A stretch of 64,000 bases of DNA. Origin: Candidatus Lutacidiplasma silvani. GTDB lineage: Archaea > Thermoplasmatota > Thermoplasmata > Lutacidiplasmatales > UBA184. Positions 1-9,691 of this stretch are shown here, piece by piece. The number at the start of each line of letters is the position of its first letter. Position 1 is the stretch's first letter. A model generated the notes under the pieces. It did no database searches, was not told where the DNA came from, and saw nothing but the letters and a program-made list of their open reading frames with translations. The translations under genes and the position numbers were made by a program. The stretch is from assembly GCA_022750295.1 (NCBI GenBank), contig JAKIVZ010000007.1:21808-85807 (forward strand), given 5' to 3'.

Positions 1-57
1 GGACATGGAGGTGCTTCTGGTCGTGGTCCGGGTCGTCGGACGCGGCGGGAGGGGCCA
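1..57 (-). CDS. 5' end (19 codons) of an unidentified gene that runs off the window
   Basis: ATG at 57-55 opens MAPPAASDDPDHDQKHLHV..., which continues past position 1. A TATA-like GTTATAGC (reverse complement of 83-90) lies about 29 nt upstream, the spacing seen at other genes here. Confidence 0.25.
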
Positions 58-190
58 TCGGAGTTCGGATTCGGATGCGGGCTATAACTCCTCCCGGCGA
101 GATTCCCGCCGGGAACGGTGGTCCCCCTCCGGGAACGCCGCCCGGGGGCCACACTTCATCTAAGCGACGGGGCTTGCGCCGGTCGTTCCC

Positions 191-553
191 GTGTACGACC
201 CGTCGGCTCCCTCGACCCCTACGTTCTCCGGCTCGGCCTCGTCCGCGCGGTACGCCTACCTCGTCGGCCGCCTCCGGGGCCGGCAGATCACGATGGAAGA
301 AGCCACCGAGCTGTTCGCGATCCAGCAGACGATGATCAGCCGGGCCAGCGTGATGAACCAAGTGCCTCCCCCGCCGCCTCCTCCGGATGTCGACGCGAAC
401 GCGCCTCCCGCCGTGCCATCCAACCCGTCGACCGGGGGCTCGCTCTTTTCGGACGAGAACCTCGCCATGACCCTGCTCGCCATGGGCGTCGGCGCCGGCC
501 TCCTCGCCGCCGTCGTCAAGCGCGCCCGGGAAGGACCGAAGCCCACCGGGTAG
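191..553 (+). CDS. small membrane protein, unknown function
   Basis: The 120-aa frame has protein-like composition, unlike the overlapping Arg-rich frames. It has a helical N-half, a PPPPPPP linker and a C-terminal TM helix (LAMTLLAMGVGAGLLAAVV then KRAREG). Its stop is 9 nt before the mre11 start. Confidence 0.55.
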   Translation: MYDPSAPSTPTFSGSASSARYAYLVGRLRGRQITMEEATELFAIQQTMISRASVMNQVPPPPPPPDVDANAPPAVPSNPSTGGSLFSDENLAMTLLAMGVGAGLLAAVVKRAREGPKPTG

Positions 554-561
554 GGGCCTCC

Positions 562-1848
562 GTGACCGGGAGGCCGTTTCGATTCGCCCACCTCGCCGAC
601 GCCCACGTCGGCGCCTGGTCGCGGGACGTCGCCGTCCGGGACGCCCTTCGCGAGAGCGTCCTGCGCGCGCTCCGGACCGTCGGGGAGCGCGACTGCGACT
701 TTCTCCTGATCTCCGGGGACCTGTTCCATACCCCGGTTCCCGACCCGGCCGAGGTCGCCCCGGTCGCCGCCGCCCTGAAGGAACTCGTCGACGCCGGTCG
801 CCGAATCTACACGATCTACGGCTCGCACGACTACGTGGCCCACCGGACCAGCTGGCTCGACGTCCTCGCCGAGACCGGCCTGTTTCTCCGGGCGGCCCCC
901 GAGGCGGTGCGGGCCGAGGGGGACCGGTGGACCTTGCCGTACTTGACCGACGAGGCGACGGGGGCCCGGATCGCGGGGATCTCGGGACGCTCGCACGGAC
1001 TCGACCGGAGCTACTTCCTCGCCGTGGACTCAGAGGCGTTCCGCGCCGCGTCCGGGTTCAAGATCTTCCAGTTCCATGCCGCCGTGGAGGAGTACCTCCC
1101 GGATCATCTCCGCCCGCACATCCGGGGGGTCTCGCTCGACGACCTCCCGGGCGGATGCGACTACTACGCGGGCGGCCACATCCATCGGTCGTACACGGGG
1201 AAGGGTCCCGGGGGGAGCGGCCTGCTCGTCAACCCGGGGGCCGTGTTCGGTACCGCGATCCCGGACATCGAGGACGGGGTCGCCGGCCGTTCCCACCGGG
1301 GGCTCGTCATCGTCGAGGTCCGGGACGGCCACCCCACCCTCGAATGGGTCGAGACCGCCTCGTCGATTCCGATGAAGGTGTTCGACATCGACGTCGCCGG
1401 CCGGACCGCCGACGCCGCCCACTCGGAGATCCAGGCGGCCGTCGCCCGGGCGTCGACGCCGGGCGCTCTTCTCTTCCCGCGGGTCCACGGGACCCTCGCC
1501 GACGGCTCGATCGGCTCGCTTGGGTTGGGGCATTGGCGGGCCGACCCCGGCCGAGGAGCCGCCTCGGTCCACTGGGACCTCGCCGATGCGCAATCGGCGT
1601 CCCCCGGGGACGATGCGTTCGACGGCGATGAGGCGCGGCTCGAGACCGACTCGTTCCACCGGCTCTCGGCCGACGACGCCACCCGACTCCCGTCGCTGCA
1701 AGGTCCGGAGGGGGAGCGTCGCCTCCGCGAGCTGCTCGAGGCGCTCGGGACGCCCCGGTCCGAGGGCGAGGCCAAGGCCGATTACGAGCGGCTCCGCCTC
1801 CTCGGCGCCCTGCACGCCCTCGGTCTCGATCCCTCGGAGGCGCCGTGA
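562..1848 (+). CDS. mre11: Mre11 DNA double-strand-break repair nuclease
   Basis: Calcineurin-like phosphoesterase motifs occur in order: HLADAHVG, LISGDLFH, IYGSHD, FHAAV, GGHIHRS. An in-frame GTG at 562 precedes motif I. The upstream part of ORF 118-1848 is Arg-rich junk overlapping the better frame 191-553. Confidence 0.9.
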   Translation: MTGRPFRFAHLADAHVGAWSRDVAVRDALRESVLRALRTVGERDCDFLLISGDLFHTPVPDPAEVAPVAAALKELVDAGRRIYTIYGSHDYVAHRTSWLDVLAETGLFLRAAPEAVRAEGDRWTLPYLTDEATGARIAGISGRSHGLDRSYFLAVDSEAFRAASGFKIFQFHAAVEEYLPDHLRPHIRGVSLDDLPGGCDYYAGGHIHRSYTGKGPGGSGLLVNPGAVFGTAIPDIEDGVAGRSHRGLVIVEVRDGHPTLEWVETASSIPMKVFDIDVAGRTADAAHSEIQAAVARASTPGALLFPRVHGTLADGSIGSLGLGHWRADPGRGAASVHWDLADAQSASPGDDAFDGDEARLETDSFHRLSADDATRLPSLQGPEGERRLRELLEALGTPRSEGEAKADYERLRLLGALHALGLDPSEAP

Positions 1849-4469
1849 CGCTCCAGCTGGGAACGCTGACCCTCCGCAACGTCCGCAGCTACGAGTCGGC
1901 CGCCCTCACGTTCGGACCCGGGGTCACGGTCCTCACCGGCGACGTCGGCTCGGGGAAAACGAGCCTCCTTCACGCCGTCGAGATGGCCCTCTTCGGGTTC
2001 GCCGAGGTCGAGGCGCCCTACCTCGTCCGGCATCGGACGGGGGAGGCGTCGGTCTCGCTGACGTTGACCGACGAGGAGCACACGTACGAACTGGCCCGTA
2101 CGTTCCGTCGGAAGACTCGCCGGGGCCGGGAGGTGTTCGACGCCGAGGAACCGTCGTTCCGGGTCGACGGCGAGCTGCGGACGTACTCCCTGACTGAATT
2201 CCGTCAGCGGGTCATCGAGCTCCTCGGGTTTCCCGACAATCCGAATCCGCGGTCGAGGTCGGACCTGTGGCGATGGGCGGTCTACACCCCCCAGGAGCGG
2301 ATGCGGGAGATCCTCTACGACGACGAGGCCGACGCCCGCCTCGCCACGATCCGCAAGGCGCTCGGCCTCGAGCGGTACCGGCTCGCGGCCGACAACTCCG
2401 AGACCGTCGCGACCGCCCTTCGGTCCCGGGCCCGCTCGCATTCGGACGTGGCCGTCGGGTTGCAACATTTCGAGACCGACCTCGCCGTCGCGGAGGCCGA
2501 CCACGCCTCGGCCCGGGTGGCGTCTTCGCTGGCGGAGGCGGCGGCCGCCGACGGCCGACGGGAGTCGGCCACGGTCGACGAGCGGGTGGCGACCTCCGAG
2601 CGGGAACTTCGCCGTCGGGAGGGGGACCGACGGCATCTGGAGCAGCTCCGGGACGACGCGAACCGGATGGAGGCGGCGGTCGTCGCGGCCGCTCGGCGGG
2701 CCGCGGAGGCGCGAGCCGAGACCGAAGCGGCGCTCCGGGCCATCGCGGCGGCCGAGGTCGATCCGTCGTCCTTACGGTCAGCCGAGTCGGACCTGGCGGA
2801 GGCGGAGGGGGAGCTCGCAGCCGCCCGGAAGGCCGCCGACGAATCCGACCGTCTCGCCCGGGAGTGGGAGCGAAGCCGGGCCGCCGTGGAGTCGGCTCGA
2901 CGGGCCATCGCGGACCTCGAACGCGCGGTGGCCGCCGATACCACCGAACGGACCCGGGCCGAAGCGGAGCTCGCCACCGCGGAGGCGCGGGGACCCGTCC
3001 GCGAACCGACCCCCCCGACGCCGAGGTCGACGGACGAGATCGCCACCGAGCTCGCGTCGGTCCGGGTCGAGGAGCGGGCGGCGGGCGAGCTCTGGAGCGT
3101 ACGGAGGGCCGAACTCCGCGAGGTCACCGACCTCCTGGCAGCCGGACGGTGCCCGACGTGCCATCAATCGGTTCGCCCGGAGGAGTTCGCGTCGCACCAC
3201 GCGGAGGCGGAACGAGCGGCCGCCGGGGCCCGTTCCGCCGCGGAAGGGCTCGGCCAGCGCGTCGGCGCCCTCGAATCCGAGCGGTCGTCACGGGAACGGT
3301 TTGATCGGGTGCGCCAAAGCTGGCTCGGCCGCGAGGAACTCCGAGTCGCTGCGAGAGACTCGCTCGACCGGTCGCTCGCCCGCCTCGCCGATCGCACGGT
3401 GCAGCTGCAGCAGGCCGGAGCGCAGCTCGCGATCGCTCAGAGCGCGGAAGGCTCGGCCCGGTCCCTCGCCGGGGCGTTCGAGGGTGCGGTCGCGCGACGG
3501 GCGTCCGCCGAGGCGGGACGGGACCGCGCGCGGGAGGCGCTGCTCGGCCTCCAGCGGGCGATCACGACCGTCGAGGCGCTCCGGACGGCGGCGGCAACCT
3601 CCCAATCCCACGCTGCGCGGGAGGGCGAGCGACTTCGGGAACTCGAGCAGCAACGGGAGGAGATTCGCGGGGCGATCCGGTCGTTCACGGAGGGGCTCGC
3701 CGGGGCGGTCGACGCCGACCGGACCCACGCTGAGCTCCTCGCCCGGCGGGACGAGGTTCGCCGCCGGGAACTGGCGACCCATGCGGCGGCGACGGCCGCC
3801 GCCGAGCGACTCCGGTTCGCAGAGGAACGGCGGACGGCCGCGGAGCGCGGCGTGACGGAGCGACGCCACCACGTGGCGGCCGCCGAACTGCACGGTCGGA
3901 CGGCCGCGTTCGTGGCCGGCCCGTTCCGGGACGCCCTGCTCGACCTGGAACGCCGGCTGCTCGGCCGGGCCCAGGTGACGTTCGAGCGGTCGTTCGCGAA
4001 ATCGTTCTCGGCGCTCGTCGAGGACCCGGGGCTCCTCGCCCGGTGCAGCCCCACGTTCGTCCCGTACGTCGAGATCGACGGCGAGATGACGCCCGCCGAG
4101 GCGCTCAGCGGAGGGGAACGGACGGCCCTCGCCCTCGCCTTCCGGCTGGCCCTCGGGGAAGTGGTCCGGGCGGCCGGCCGCCTGCGGCTCGACACGGTCG
4201 TCCTCGACGAACCGACGGACGGGTTCTCTCCGGAACAAGTCGTCCGGATGGGCGAACTCCTTCGGGAATTGCCGTGGGGCCAGGTCGTGGTCGTCACTCA
4301 CGAAGCCGGGTTGGCGGGGATCGCCGACGCCTCGGTCCGGGTCCGGAAGGACGGCGGAGTGTCGCGGCTCGAGGGGGCGGGGACCGTCCCGGCCGGGCCG
4401 GAGCCGGTGGTCCGACGGCCTCGTCGTCGCACGACGCGGGTCGACGCGCCGTCGCCGTCGGCTACGTGA
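1845..4469 (+). CDS. rad50: Rad50 SMC-like ATPase
   Basis: Walker A GDVGSGKTSLL, a central zinc hook CPTCHQ inside a long Ala/Glu/Arg coiled coil, signature LSGGERTALALAFRLAL and Walker B VVLDEPTDGF. Its GTG start overlaps the mre11 stop (GTGA). Confidence 0.95.
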   Translation: MTLQLGTLTLRNVRSYESAALTFGPGVTVLTGDVGSGKTSLLHAVEMALFGFAEVEAPYLVRHRTGEASVSLTLTDEEHTYELARTFRRKTRRGREVFDAEEPSFRVDGELRTYSLTEFRQRVIELLGFPDNPNPRSRSDLWRWAVYTPQERMREILYDDEADARLATIRKALGLERYRLAADNSETVATALRSRARSHSDVAVGLQHFETDLAVAEADHASARVASSLAEAAAADGRRESATVDERVATSERELRRREGDRRHLEQLRDDANRMEAAVVAAARRAAEARAETEAALRAIAAAEVDPSSLRSAESDLAEAEGELAAARKAADESDRLAREWERSRAAVESARRAIADLERAVAADTTERTRAEAELATAEARGPVREPTPPTPRSTDEIATELASVRVEERAAGELWSVRRAELREVTDLLAAGRCPTCHQSVRPEEFASHHAEAERAAAGARSAAEGLGQRVGALESERSSRERFDRVRQSWLGREELRVAARDSLDRSLARLADRTVQLQQAGAQLAIAQSAEGSARSLAGAFEGAVARRASAEAGRDRAREALLGLQRAITTVEALRTAAATSQSHAAREGERLRELEQQREEIRGAIRSFTEGLAGAVDADRTHAELLARRDEVRRRELATHAAATAAAERLRFAEERRTAAERGVTERRHHVAAAELHGRTAAFVAGPFRDALLDLERRLLGRAQVTFERSFAKSFSALVEDPGLLARCSPTFVPYVEIDGEMTPAEALSGGERTALALAFRLALGEVVRAAGRLRLDTVVLDEPTDGFSPEQVVRMGELLRELPWGQVVVVTHEAGLAGIADASVRVRKDGGVSRLEGAGTVPAGPEPVVRRPRRRTTRVDAPSPSAT

Positions 4470-5568
4470 GCCAGCCGCGGAACGCGACCTCGTCCCACGG
4501 GGGGACGTCCGCAAGCTGCAGGTTCTCCGCGAGATGTTCCGGGGTCTTCTGCCCGACGAGCGCGCCCAAGGTTCCGGGGGCCGACCGGGCGAATTGGAGC
4601 GCCGTCTGGGCGGTGGTGAGTGGCCCGGCGGTCGGACCCTCGCGGGTCAACTGGCCCTGATACAGCGGGACGCTCGTGAACGCCCCGAGGCCGAGACGCT
4701 GGACCGCCTCGAACGCGGTCCCCCGGGTCCCGTCGACCGTCTGCGTCCGGAGCACGGCCGCTTCGGTCATGGCGAAATTGAACGGGAATTGGACGAACCC
4801 GAACCCGTGGTCGGCGCCCCCGACCTTCCGGGCGGTCCGGACGACGTCCTCGAGGGAGAGATGGCCGGGCTCGCTCTTCGGGACCCGGAGACAGTCCCAG
4901 GTGGCGAGTCCGTACGCGCCGAGATGGCCCTCGTCCCGGAGCGTCTCGTACAATCGGAACGCCTCGGAGAGCCGCGCGAGGAACTCGTCCCGGCCCACGA
5001 CGGGGAGTTGAGCGTCGGCCGCGTTGTGGAGATACAGGAGGTCGATCGCCTCGAGCCCGAGGTTCGTCCGGGTGCGCTCGAACTGGTCGGCGAGGAACGA
5101 ACGGCTCATCGCGTGGCTCCCATCGACGATGTCGGCGGGCCGGAGGACGTTCGAGCGGACGAGCTCCCGTTCGATCCACGCCTCGGCGGCGAGCGACGAC
5201 TCCCCGTCCGGCGCGAGGTATCCGTTCTTCGACGCCACGAAGACGGCCTCGCGGGAAACCTTCCCGCCGGCGAGAGCGCGCGCGAGCGCCCGTCCGACCG
5301 ACCGCTCGGCCCGCTGGTGGCGGTAGTTGATGGCCGTGTCGAGGACGTTCACCCGGCCGGACGCGAGGCAGAGGGAGACCGCCTGCTCCACGGCGAGGTC
5401 GGTCGGCCCGTCCGGGCGGCCGATGTACGTGCCGAGACCGATCGACGAGACCTGCCGACCGGCGGGGTCGGCCCGAAAGTGCGAGGTCGGGACCTTTCGA
5501 CCCTCGAGCGCCCGCTCGCGAAACACGGTGGTCCCTTCCACCGTGGCGAGGCCGGGGATCCGAGCCAC
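4462..5568 (-). CDS. aldo/keto reductase family oxidoreductase
   Basis: AKR hallmarks are present: SSIGLGTYIG, VLDTAINYRHQRAERSVGRAL, FVASKNGYL, YLHNA and a C-terminal QTALQFARSAPG...LVGQKTPEHLAENL. It converges on rad50 with an 8-nt overlap. Confidence 0.9.
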   Translation of the reverse strand: MARIPGLATVEGTTVFRERALEGRKVPTSHFRADPAGRQVSSIGLGTYIGRPDGPTDLAVEQAVSLCLASGRVNVLDTAINYRHQRAERSVGRALARALAGGKVSREAVFVASKNGYLAPDGESSLAAEAWIERELVRSNVLRPADIVDGSHAMSRSFLADQFERTRTNLGLEAIDLLYLHNAADAQLPVVGRDEFLARLSEAFRLYETLRDEGHLGAYGLATWDCLRVPKSEPGHLSLEDVVRTARKVGGADHGFGFVQFPFNFAMTEAAVLRTQTVDGTRGTAFEAVQRLGLGAFTSVPLYQGQLTREGPTAGPLTTAQTALQFARSAPGTLGALVGQKTPEHLAENLQLADVPPWDEVAFRGWLT

Positions 5569-5817
5569 GCGCCCTCGTGCCGCGGTCGCTCAAAAGGACG
5601 GTCCCCGCGCGGGGTTGAATAATCCGCTCCGGTTCGGTGCCCGATCTCGGCGATGCCGCGCAGGAAGTACGGTCGGCTCCGAAAACCGATCCCTCCCGTC
5701 CCGCTCGAGAAATGTCGATTCTGCCGGCTACGACGACGCTGCCCGACGCACCCGCCCCGCAGCGAGTGAACTTCGGCGCCCGTCCGTCGAGCGACATCGC
5801 GCCCGAGCCGACGGAAT

Positions 5818-5825
5818 CCTTATCG
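5818..5825 (+). promoter_or_regulatory. TATA-like box for the Kelch/PKD gene
   Basis: CCTTATCG is centred about 30 nt upstream of the ATG at 5851, implying a leaderless or very short leader. Confidence 0.35.
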
Positions 5826-5850
5826 TCGTGACGCCCCAGATGCCGTCCGA

Positions 5851-8052
5851 ATGACGCGGGACTCGAACCTCCGCCCGCGCGCCCGGTCGTTCCGACGGCT
5901 CCTCACGCTGAGCGTGGCGACGGGGGTTCTCCTCGTCCTGTCCTCCGGTGGGTTCGGACTTCCCCCGGCATCGTCCGGGACGGGACCGCACGTGGGGCCG
6001 TCGACGTCCGGTCTCCCCGCAACCCACCCGCTGCCGACTCGGCCCACCGCGACCGGGACGGGTGCGAATGCCTCCTTGCCAGAGTGGAAATCGGTCGCCC
6101 CTCCGACGTCCCTCCCCGCCCGCGCCGATGCCGCCGTCGGGTTCGACCCCGTCCTGAATCGGACCGTGGTCTTCGGCGGATACTTCACCGGCGGATCCTG
6201 TCCGGTCCTCACGGACTGCGCGCTCAACGACACGTGGGAGTTCGATGGTCTGAGTTGGACGAACGTGACCCCTCTCCACCCCACCGCCACCACGAACCCC
6301 GCGGCCCGATGGGGCGCCTCGATGGTCTACGACCCCACCACCGGCGGACTCCTCCTCTTCGGAGGCACGACCTCCGCGGCCACGGGGCTCAACAACCCGG
6401 CCCTGAACGACACCTGGGAGTTCGGCGCGACGGGGTGGACCGAGGTGTGCCGGGCGGCGTGCTCCGCTCCCCCGCCGCGGTGGGACGCCTCGTTCGCGTA
6501 CAGCCTGGAGATCGGGGCTCCGGTCCTTTTCGGAGGAGAAACGACGAATTCGGGAACAACCGCAGACCTGGCGGACACGTGGACGTTCTCCCCCTCAACG
6601 AACTGGACCCAGCTCTCCCCGGTCGTCGCGCCGACCGGCCGGGCCGGGGCCACGGCCGCCTGGGACGGACAACTCGGCGGCGTGATCGTCTTTGGCGGAA
6701 TCCCGGCCAACGACCAGACCTGGCTGTATCACAACCAGAGTTGGCACGAACTGTCGCCGGCCGCCTCGTCGGGGATGCCTCCGGCTCGGGCGGGGGTGGC
6801 CCTGGCCAACGACCCGCTGAATGGGTCGGTGGAGCTGTTCGGAGGCTGCGCCACGCTTCCCTGCGCCGCCGGAGGCGACTCGGACACGTGGGTCCTCGCG
6901 GGGACGAACTGGTACAACCTCACCGGACGAATCGGCGCCGCGCCCCCCGGCCGGGGCCAGGCCGGTCTGGTCCCGGCGGGACCCCGCGGCGCGCTCCTCC
7001 TCGTTGGAGGTGCGGGCACGGGCCCGCTCAACGATTCGTGGCGGATCGCCCACGTTGAAGTGTCCGTGATCTCGGCGGCGCCGGCCACCCTCGATGTCGG
7101 TCGGACGACGGCGCTTTCCCTCGTGGCGGGGGGCGGGCTCGGCCCCCTGACGATCGCGTGGATCGATCTCCCCGCGGGCTGCGTGTCCGCGAACGTCAGC
7201 GCGCTGAACTGCACTCCGACCGGCGCGGCCTCGACCGCCGTGTTCGTCCGAGTCACCGACCCGGCGGGCGAACTGGTCAATTCGAGCTCGACCGCGCTGG
7301 TCGTCAATCCGGTTCCGACGGTCTCGCTCCTCGCGACCCCGGCGAGCGGGGTGGCGCCCCTCCTGGTTTCGTTCGCGGCCAGCGTCCGGGGGGGGACCGG
7401 GCCGATCGCGGTCGCGTGGGAGTTCGGGGACGGCTCTCAAGGGGTGGGCGTCGACGTCAATCACACGTACTCGCGCGGAGGGACGTTCCTCGCGACGGTC
7501 TGGGCCAACGACTCCGACGGCGCGAGCGGGACGGCCCGATCGAACGTGAGCGTGGTCGACACCCTCACCGCGGCAGCCACGTTCGCGCCCTCCTCGATCG
7601 TGCTCGGAAACTCCTCGGTCCTTACGGTCACCGTCACGGGCGGAACCGCTCCGTACGTCGTCCGCGCCCTCGGTCCCACTCCCGGGTGCGCGGCCAACGA
7701 CTCGGCGCCGGCCAACGCCCCGGCGTTCTCGTGCACGCCCACCGACGTGGGCATGTACCCGGTCGCCCTGCGGGTGACCGATGCATCCAACCAGTCCATG
7801 GAGGTAAACGCGACTCTCACGGTGACGGCCCCGGTCGGCACGGGTCACGGAGGCGGGTCAGGTTCGAGTTCGGGACCGCTCTCTCCCACGCAGGAACTCT
7901 GGATCGTGGCCGGGGGGATCGTGGCCGTGCTCTTGCTGCTCGCGGTCCTGCTCCGCCGACGCGGGCAGACCCCCGTCCTGCCGCCGGTCGGCCCGGAGTT
8001 TCCGGTGCCGCCCGCCAATCTGTACGTCCCACCCGAAGACGCCCACCGGTAA
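5851..8052 (+). CDS. secreted Kelch-repeat beta-propeller + PKD/Ig-like repeat surface protein, C-terminally membrane anchored
   Basis: N-terminal signal/TM (LLTLSVATGVLLVLSS). Repeated Kelch signatures (ARWGASMVYDP..GGLLLFGG, LNDTWEF x3). A PKD motif (VAWEFGDGSQG...HTYSRGGTFLATVWANDSDG). C-terminal TM LWIVAGGIVAVLLLLAVLL + RRRG. Confidence 0.85.
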   Translation: MTRDSNLRPRARSFRRLLTLSVATGVLLVLSSGGFGLPPASSGTGPHVGPSTSGLPATHPLPTRPTATGTGANASLPEWKSVAPPTSLPARADAAVGFDPVLNRTVVFGGYFTGGSCPVLTDCALNDTWEFDGLSWTNVTPLHPTATTNPAARWGASMVYDPTTGGLLLFGGTTSAATGLNNPALNDTWEFGATGWTEVCRAACSAPPPRWDASFAYSLEIGAPVLFGGETTNSGTTADLADTWTFSPSTNWTQLSPVVAPTGRAGATAAWDGQLGGVIVFGGIPANDQTWLYHNQSWHELSPAASSGMPPARAGVALANDPLNGSVELFGGCATLPCAAGGDSDTWVLAGTNWYNLTGRIGAAPPGRGQAGLVPAGPRGALLLVGGAGTGPLNDSWRIAHVEVSVISAAPATLDVGRTTALSLVAGGGLGPLTIAWIDLPAGCVSANVSALNCTPTGAASTAVFVRVTDPAGELVNSSSTALVVNPVPTVSLLATPASGVAPLLVSFAASVRGGTGPIAVAWEFGDGSQGVGVDVNHTYSRGGTFLATVWANDSDGASGTARSNVSVVDTLTAAATFAPSSIVLGNSSVLTVTVTGGTAPYVVRALGPTPGCAANDSAPANAPAFSCTPTDVGMYPVALRVTDASNQSMEVNATLTVTAPVGTGHGGGSGSSSGPLSPTQELWIVAGGIVAVLLLLAVLLRRRGQTPVLPPVGPEFPVPPANLYVPPEDAHR

Positions 8053-8061
8053 CGTCGCGCG

Positions 8062-9495
8062 TCAGGTGACGGGGGGGTCCGCCTTCCGACCGAGCAAGAT
8101 GGGTGTCACGACCCGGTGGTGGAGGGCGTCGGCGGCGCCCGAGATCCCGTCCAAGACCGGGGGCGGAAGCTTGCCGCGAACCTTCGAGAGCGAGGCCGCC
8201 AGCTCGAACCGTGCCTGCGACCACCGGTACAGGCTCTCCGGGTAGACGGCTTCGTAGAGGAGGGTGCGTCCACCTCCGTTCTTCGCGAGGGGGCGACGGG
8301 ACCGCGTGAGCCGGTCCTTGACGGCCTCGTAGAACCGAGTCCCGGGGACCGGCACCGCGATCGAGACGGAGTACTCCTCGGGGCTGAACTTCCGGAACAG
8401 CTTCAGCGTCGCCTCGATGTCGTCCATCGTCTCCCCGGGGTATCCCAACATCAGGAACCAGAACTGCCGGATCCCCTCGGCCCGGAGCGCCTCGGCCGCC
8501 CGTTCGACCTGGGAGAGCTTGGTTCCCCGGTTCATCGTGTCGAGCATCCGTTGGCTGCCGGACTCGACCCCCACGTAGACCCGCTCGAGGCCGGCCCGCC
8601 GCATCCGGGCGAGGAGGTCGGGCTTCAGAAGGTCGACACGGGCGAGGCACTCGAACCGGAGGCCGAGCTCTTCGCCCAGCATCCGGTCGAGGAGGTCTTC
8701 GAGCCAGCTCCGCTGGATCCCGAACACATCGTCGCAGAATCGGACGTAGTCCACGTGATACCGGTCCCGGAGCGCCCGGAGCTCCTCGACGACGCGGCCG
8801 ACCGATTGCTGGCGGAACGACCGGCCGAACGTCGGCTTCGAGCACCACGCGCAGTCGAACGGGCACCCCCGGGAGGTGAGGACCGCCATCCGGCGATCGC
8901 CCGTTCCCTTCTGCCAGACCGAGAGGTACCGCTCGAGGTCGATCATGTCCCACGCCGGAAGGGGGAGGTCGTCGAGCGAGGGGAGAAAGGGGCGGGGCGG
9001 GCCACGGACGACCCGTCCCGCGCGCCGGACTGCGAGGCCGGCGATCCCGCGGGCGTCGGCGCCGGCCCCCACGCACCGGGCCAGCTCGGTGAGCGTTTCC
9101 TCGCCCTCGGCCAAGGCGACCGCGTCGAACGCGGACGCGAGATAGGTCTCAGGACGGGTCGCGGCGTCGGGCCCACCCGCCACCGTGTACGCCCCGGCGG
9201 CGTGGGCGAGCCGTCCCACCGCGAGCGCGCGCTCTATGGTGAGGGTCTTGGTGTGGACGCCGACGATGTCGGGGGCGAATTTCCGGATCGCGGCGGAAAC
9301 CGGTCGCGTGTCGCGGGCGAATGTCAGGTCGACGACCGCGACCTCGATCCGTCGGGCTCGGAGGTACGCCGCGAGGGTCAAGATGCCGAGCGACGGGTAG
9401 AGCTCGACGAACCTCCGTTCCATCGGGTCGTCCCGGGCGAGGTACGGATCGACGAGGAGGACCCGCGGAGAACGGGACTCGCCACTACCCGGCAC
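8062..9495 (-). CDS. B12-binding-domain radical SAM protein (class B-like), function unknown
   Basis: N-terminal cobalamin-binding-like Rossmann segment (VLLVDP...LGILTLAAYLRARRIEVAVVDL...VAGGPDAT) followed by the radical-SAM cluster motif SRGCPFDCAWCSKP. Its start overlaps the ferredoxin stop. Confidence 0.9.
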   Translation of the reverse strand: MPGSGESRSPRVLLVDPYLARDDPMERRFVELYPSLGILTLAAYLRARRIEVAVVDLTFARDTRPVSAAIRKFAPDIVGVHTKTLTIERALAVGRLAHAAGAYTVAGGPDAATRPETYLASAFDAVALAEGEETLTELARCVGAGADARGIAGLAVRRAGRVVRGPPRPFLPSLDDLPLPAWDMIDLERYLSVWQKGTGDRRMAVLTSRGCPFDCAWCSKPTFGRSFRQQSVGRVVEELRALRDRYHVDYVRFCDDVFGIQRSWLEDLLDRMLGEELGLRFECLARVDLLKPDLLARMRRAGLERVYVGVESGSQRMLDTMNRGTKLSQVERAAEALRAEGIRQFWFLMLGYPGETMDDIEATLKLFRKFSPEEYSVSIAVPVPGTRFYEAVKDRLTRSRRPLAKNGGGRTLLYEAVYPESLYRWSQARFELAASLSKVRGKLPPPVLDGISGAADALHHRVVTPILLGRKADPPVT

Positions 9496-9691
9496 GCCGA
9501 CCCCCGGCCCGCGCGACCTTTCCGGCGGGCATCGCGAGCGCGCCCACGGGACAGTACGGGATGCACCAACCGCAATCGGTGCAGTGATCGAGGACGGCGA
9601 GGCGGGTCGGGTCCAGCTCGAGCGCGTTGGGGGGACACACCCCCGTGCAGAGGCCGCAGAGGACGCAGCAGTCGGGGTCGACGACGATCAC
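9485..9691 (-). CDS. 2x[4Fe-4S] ferredoxin (about 68 aa)
   Basis: Two CxxCxxCxxxCP motifs (CVLCGLCTGVCP, CTDCGWCIPYCP). An in-frame GTG at 9691 overlaps the upstream gene's TGA (GTGA). The longer ORF to 9787 would overlap that gene. Confidence 0.8.
   Translation of the reverse strand: MIVVDPDCCVLCGLCTGVCPPNALELDPTRLAVLDHCTDCGWCIPYCPVGALAMPAGKVARAGGRRAG

Noticed and set aside
118-561. N-terminal 148 codons of the 576-aa ORF that contains Mre11
   Set aside because: The segment is Arg/Pro/Gly-rich and non-protein-like, and it overlaps the much more convincing frame 191-553. Mre11 motif I starts right after the in-frame GTG at 562.
4298-5797. 499-aa minus-strand ORF overlapping the aldo/keto reductase
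   Set aside because: It lies in a different frame of the same strand and is Arg/Pro/Gly-rich. The 4462-5568 frame carries all the AKR motifs.
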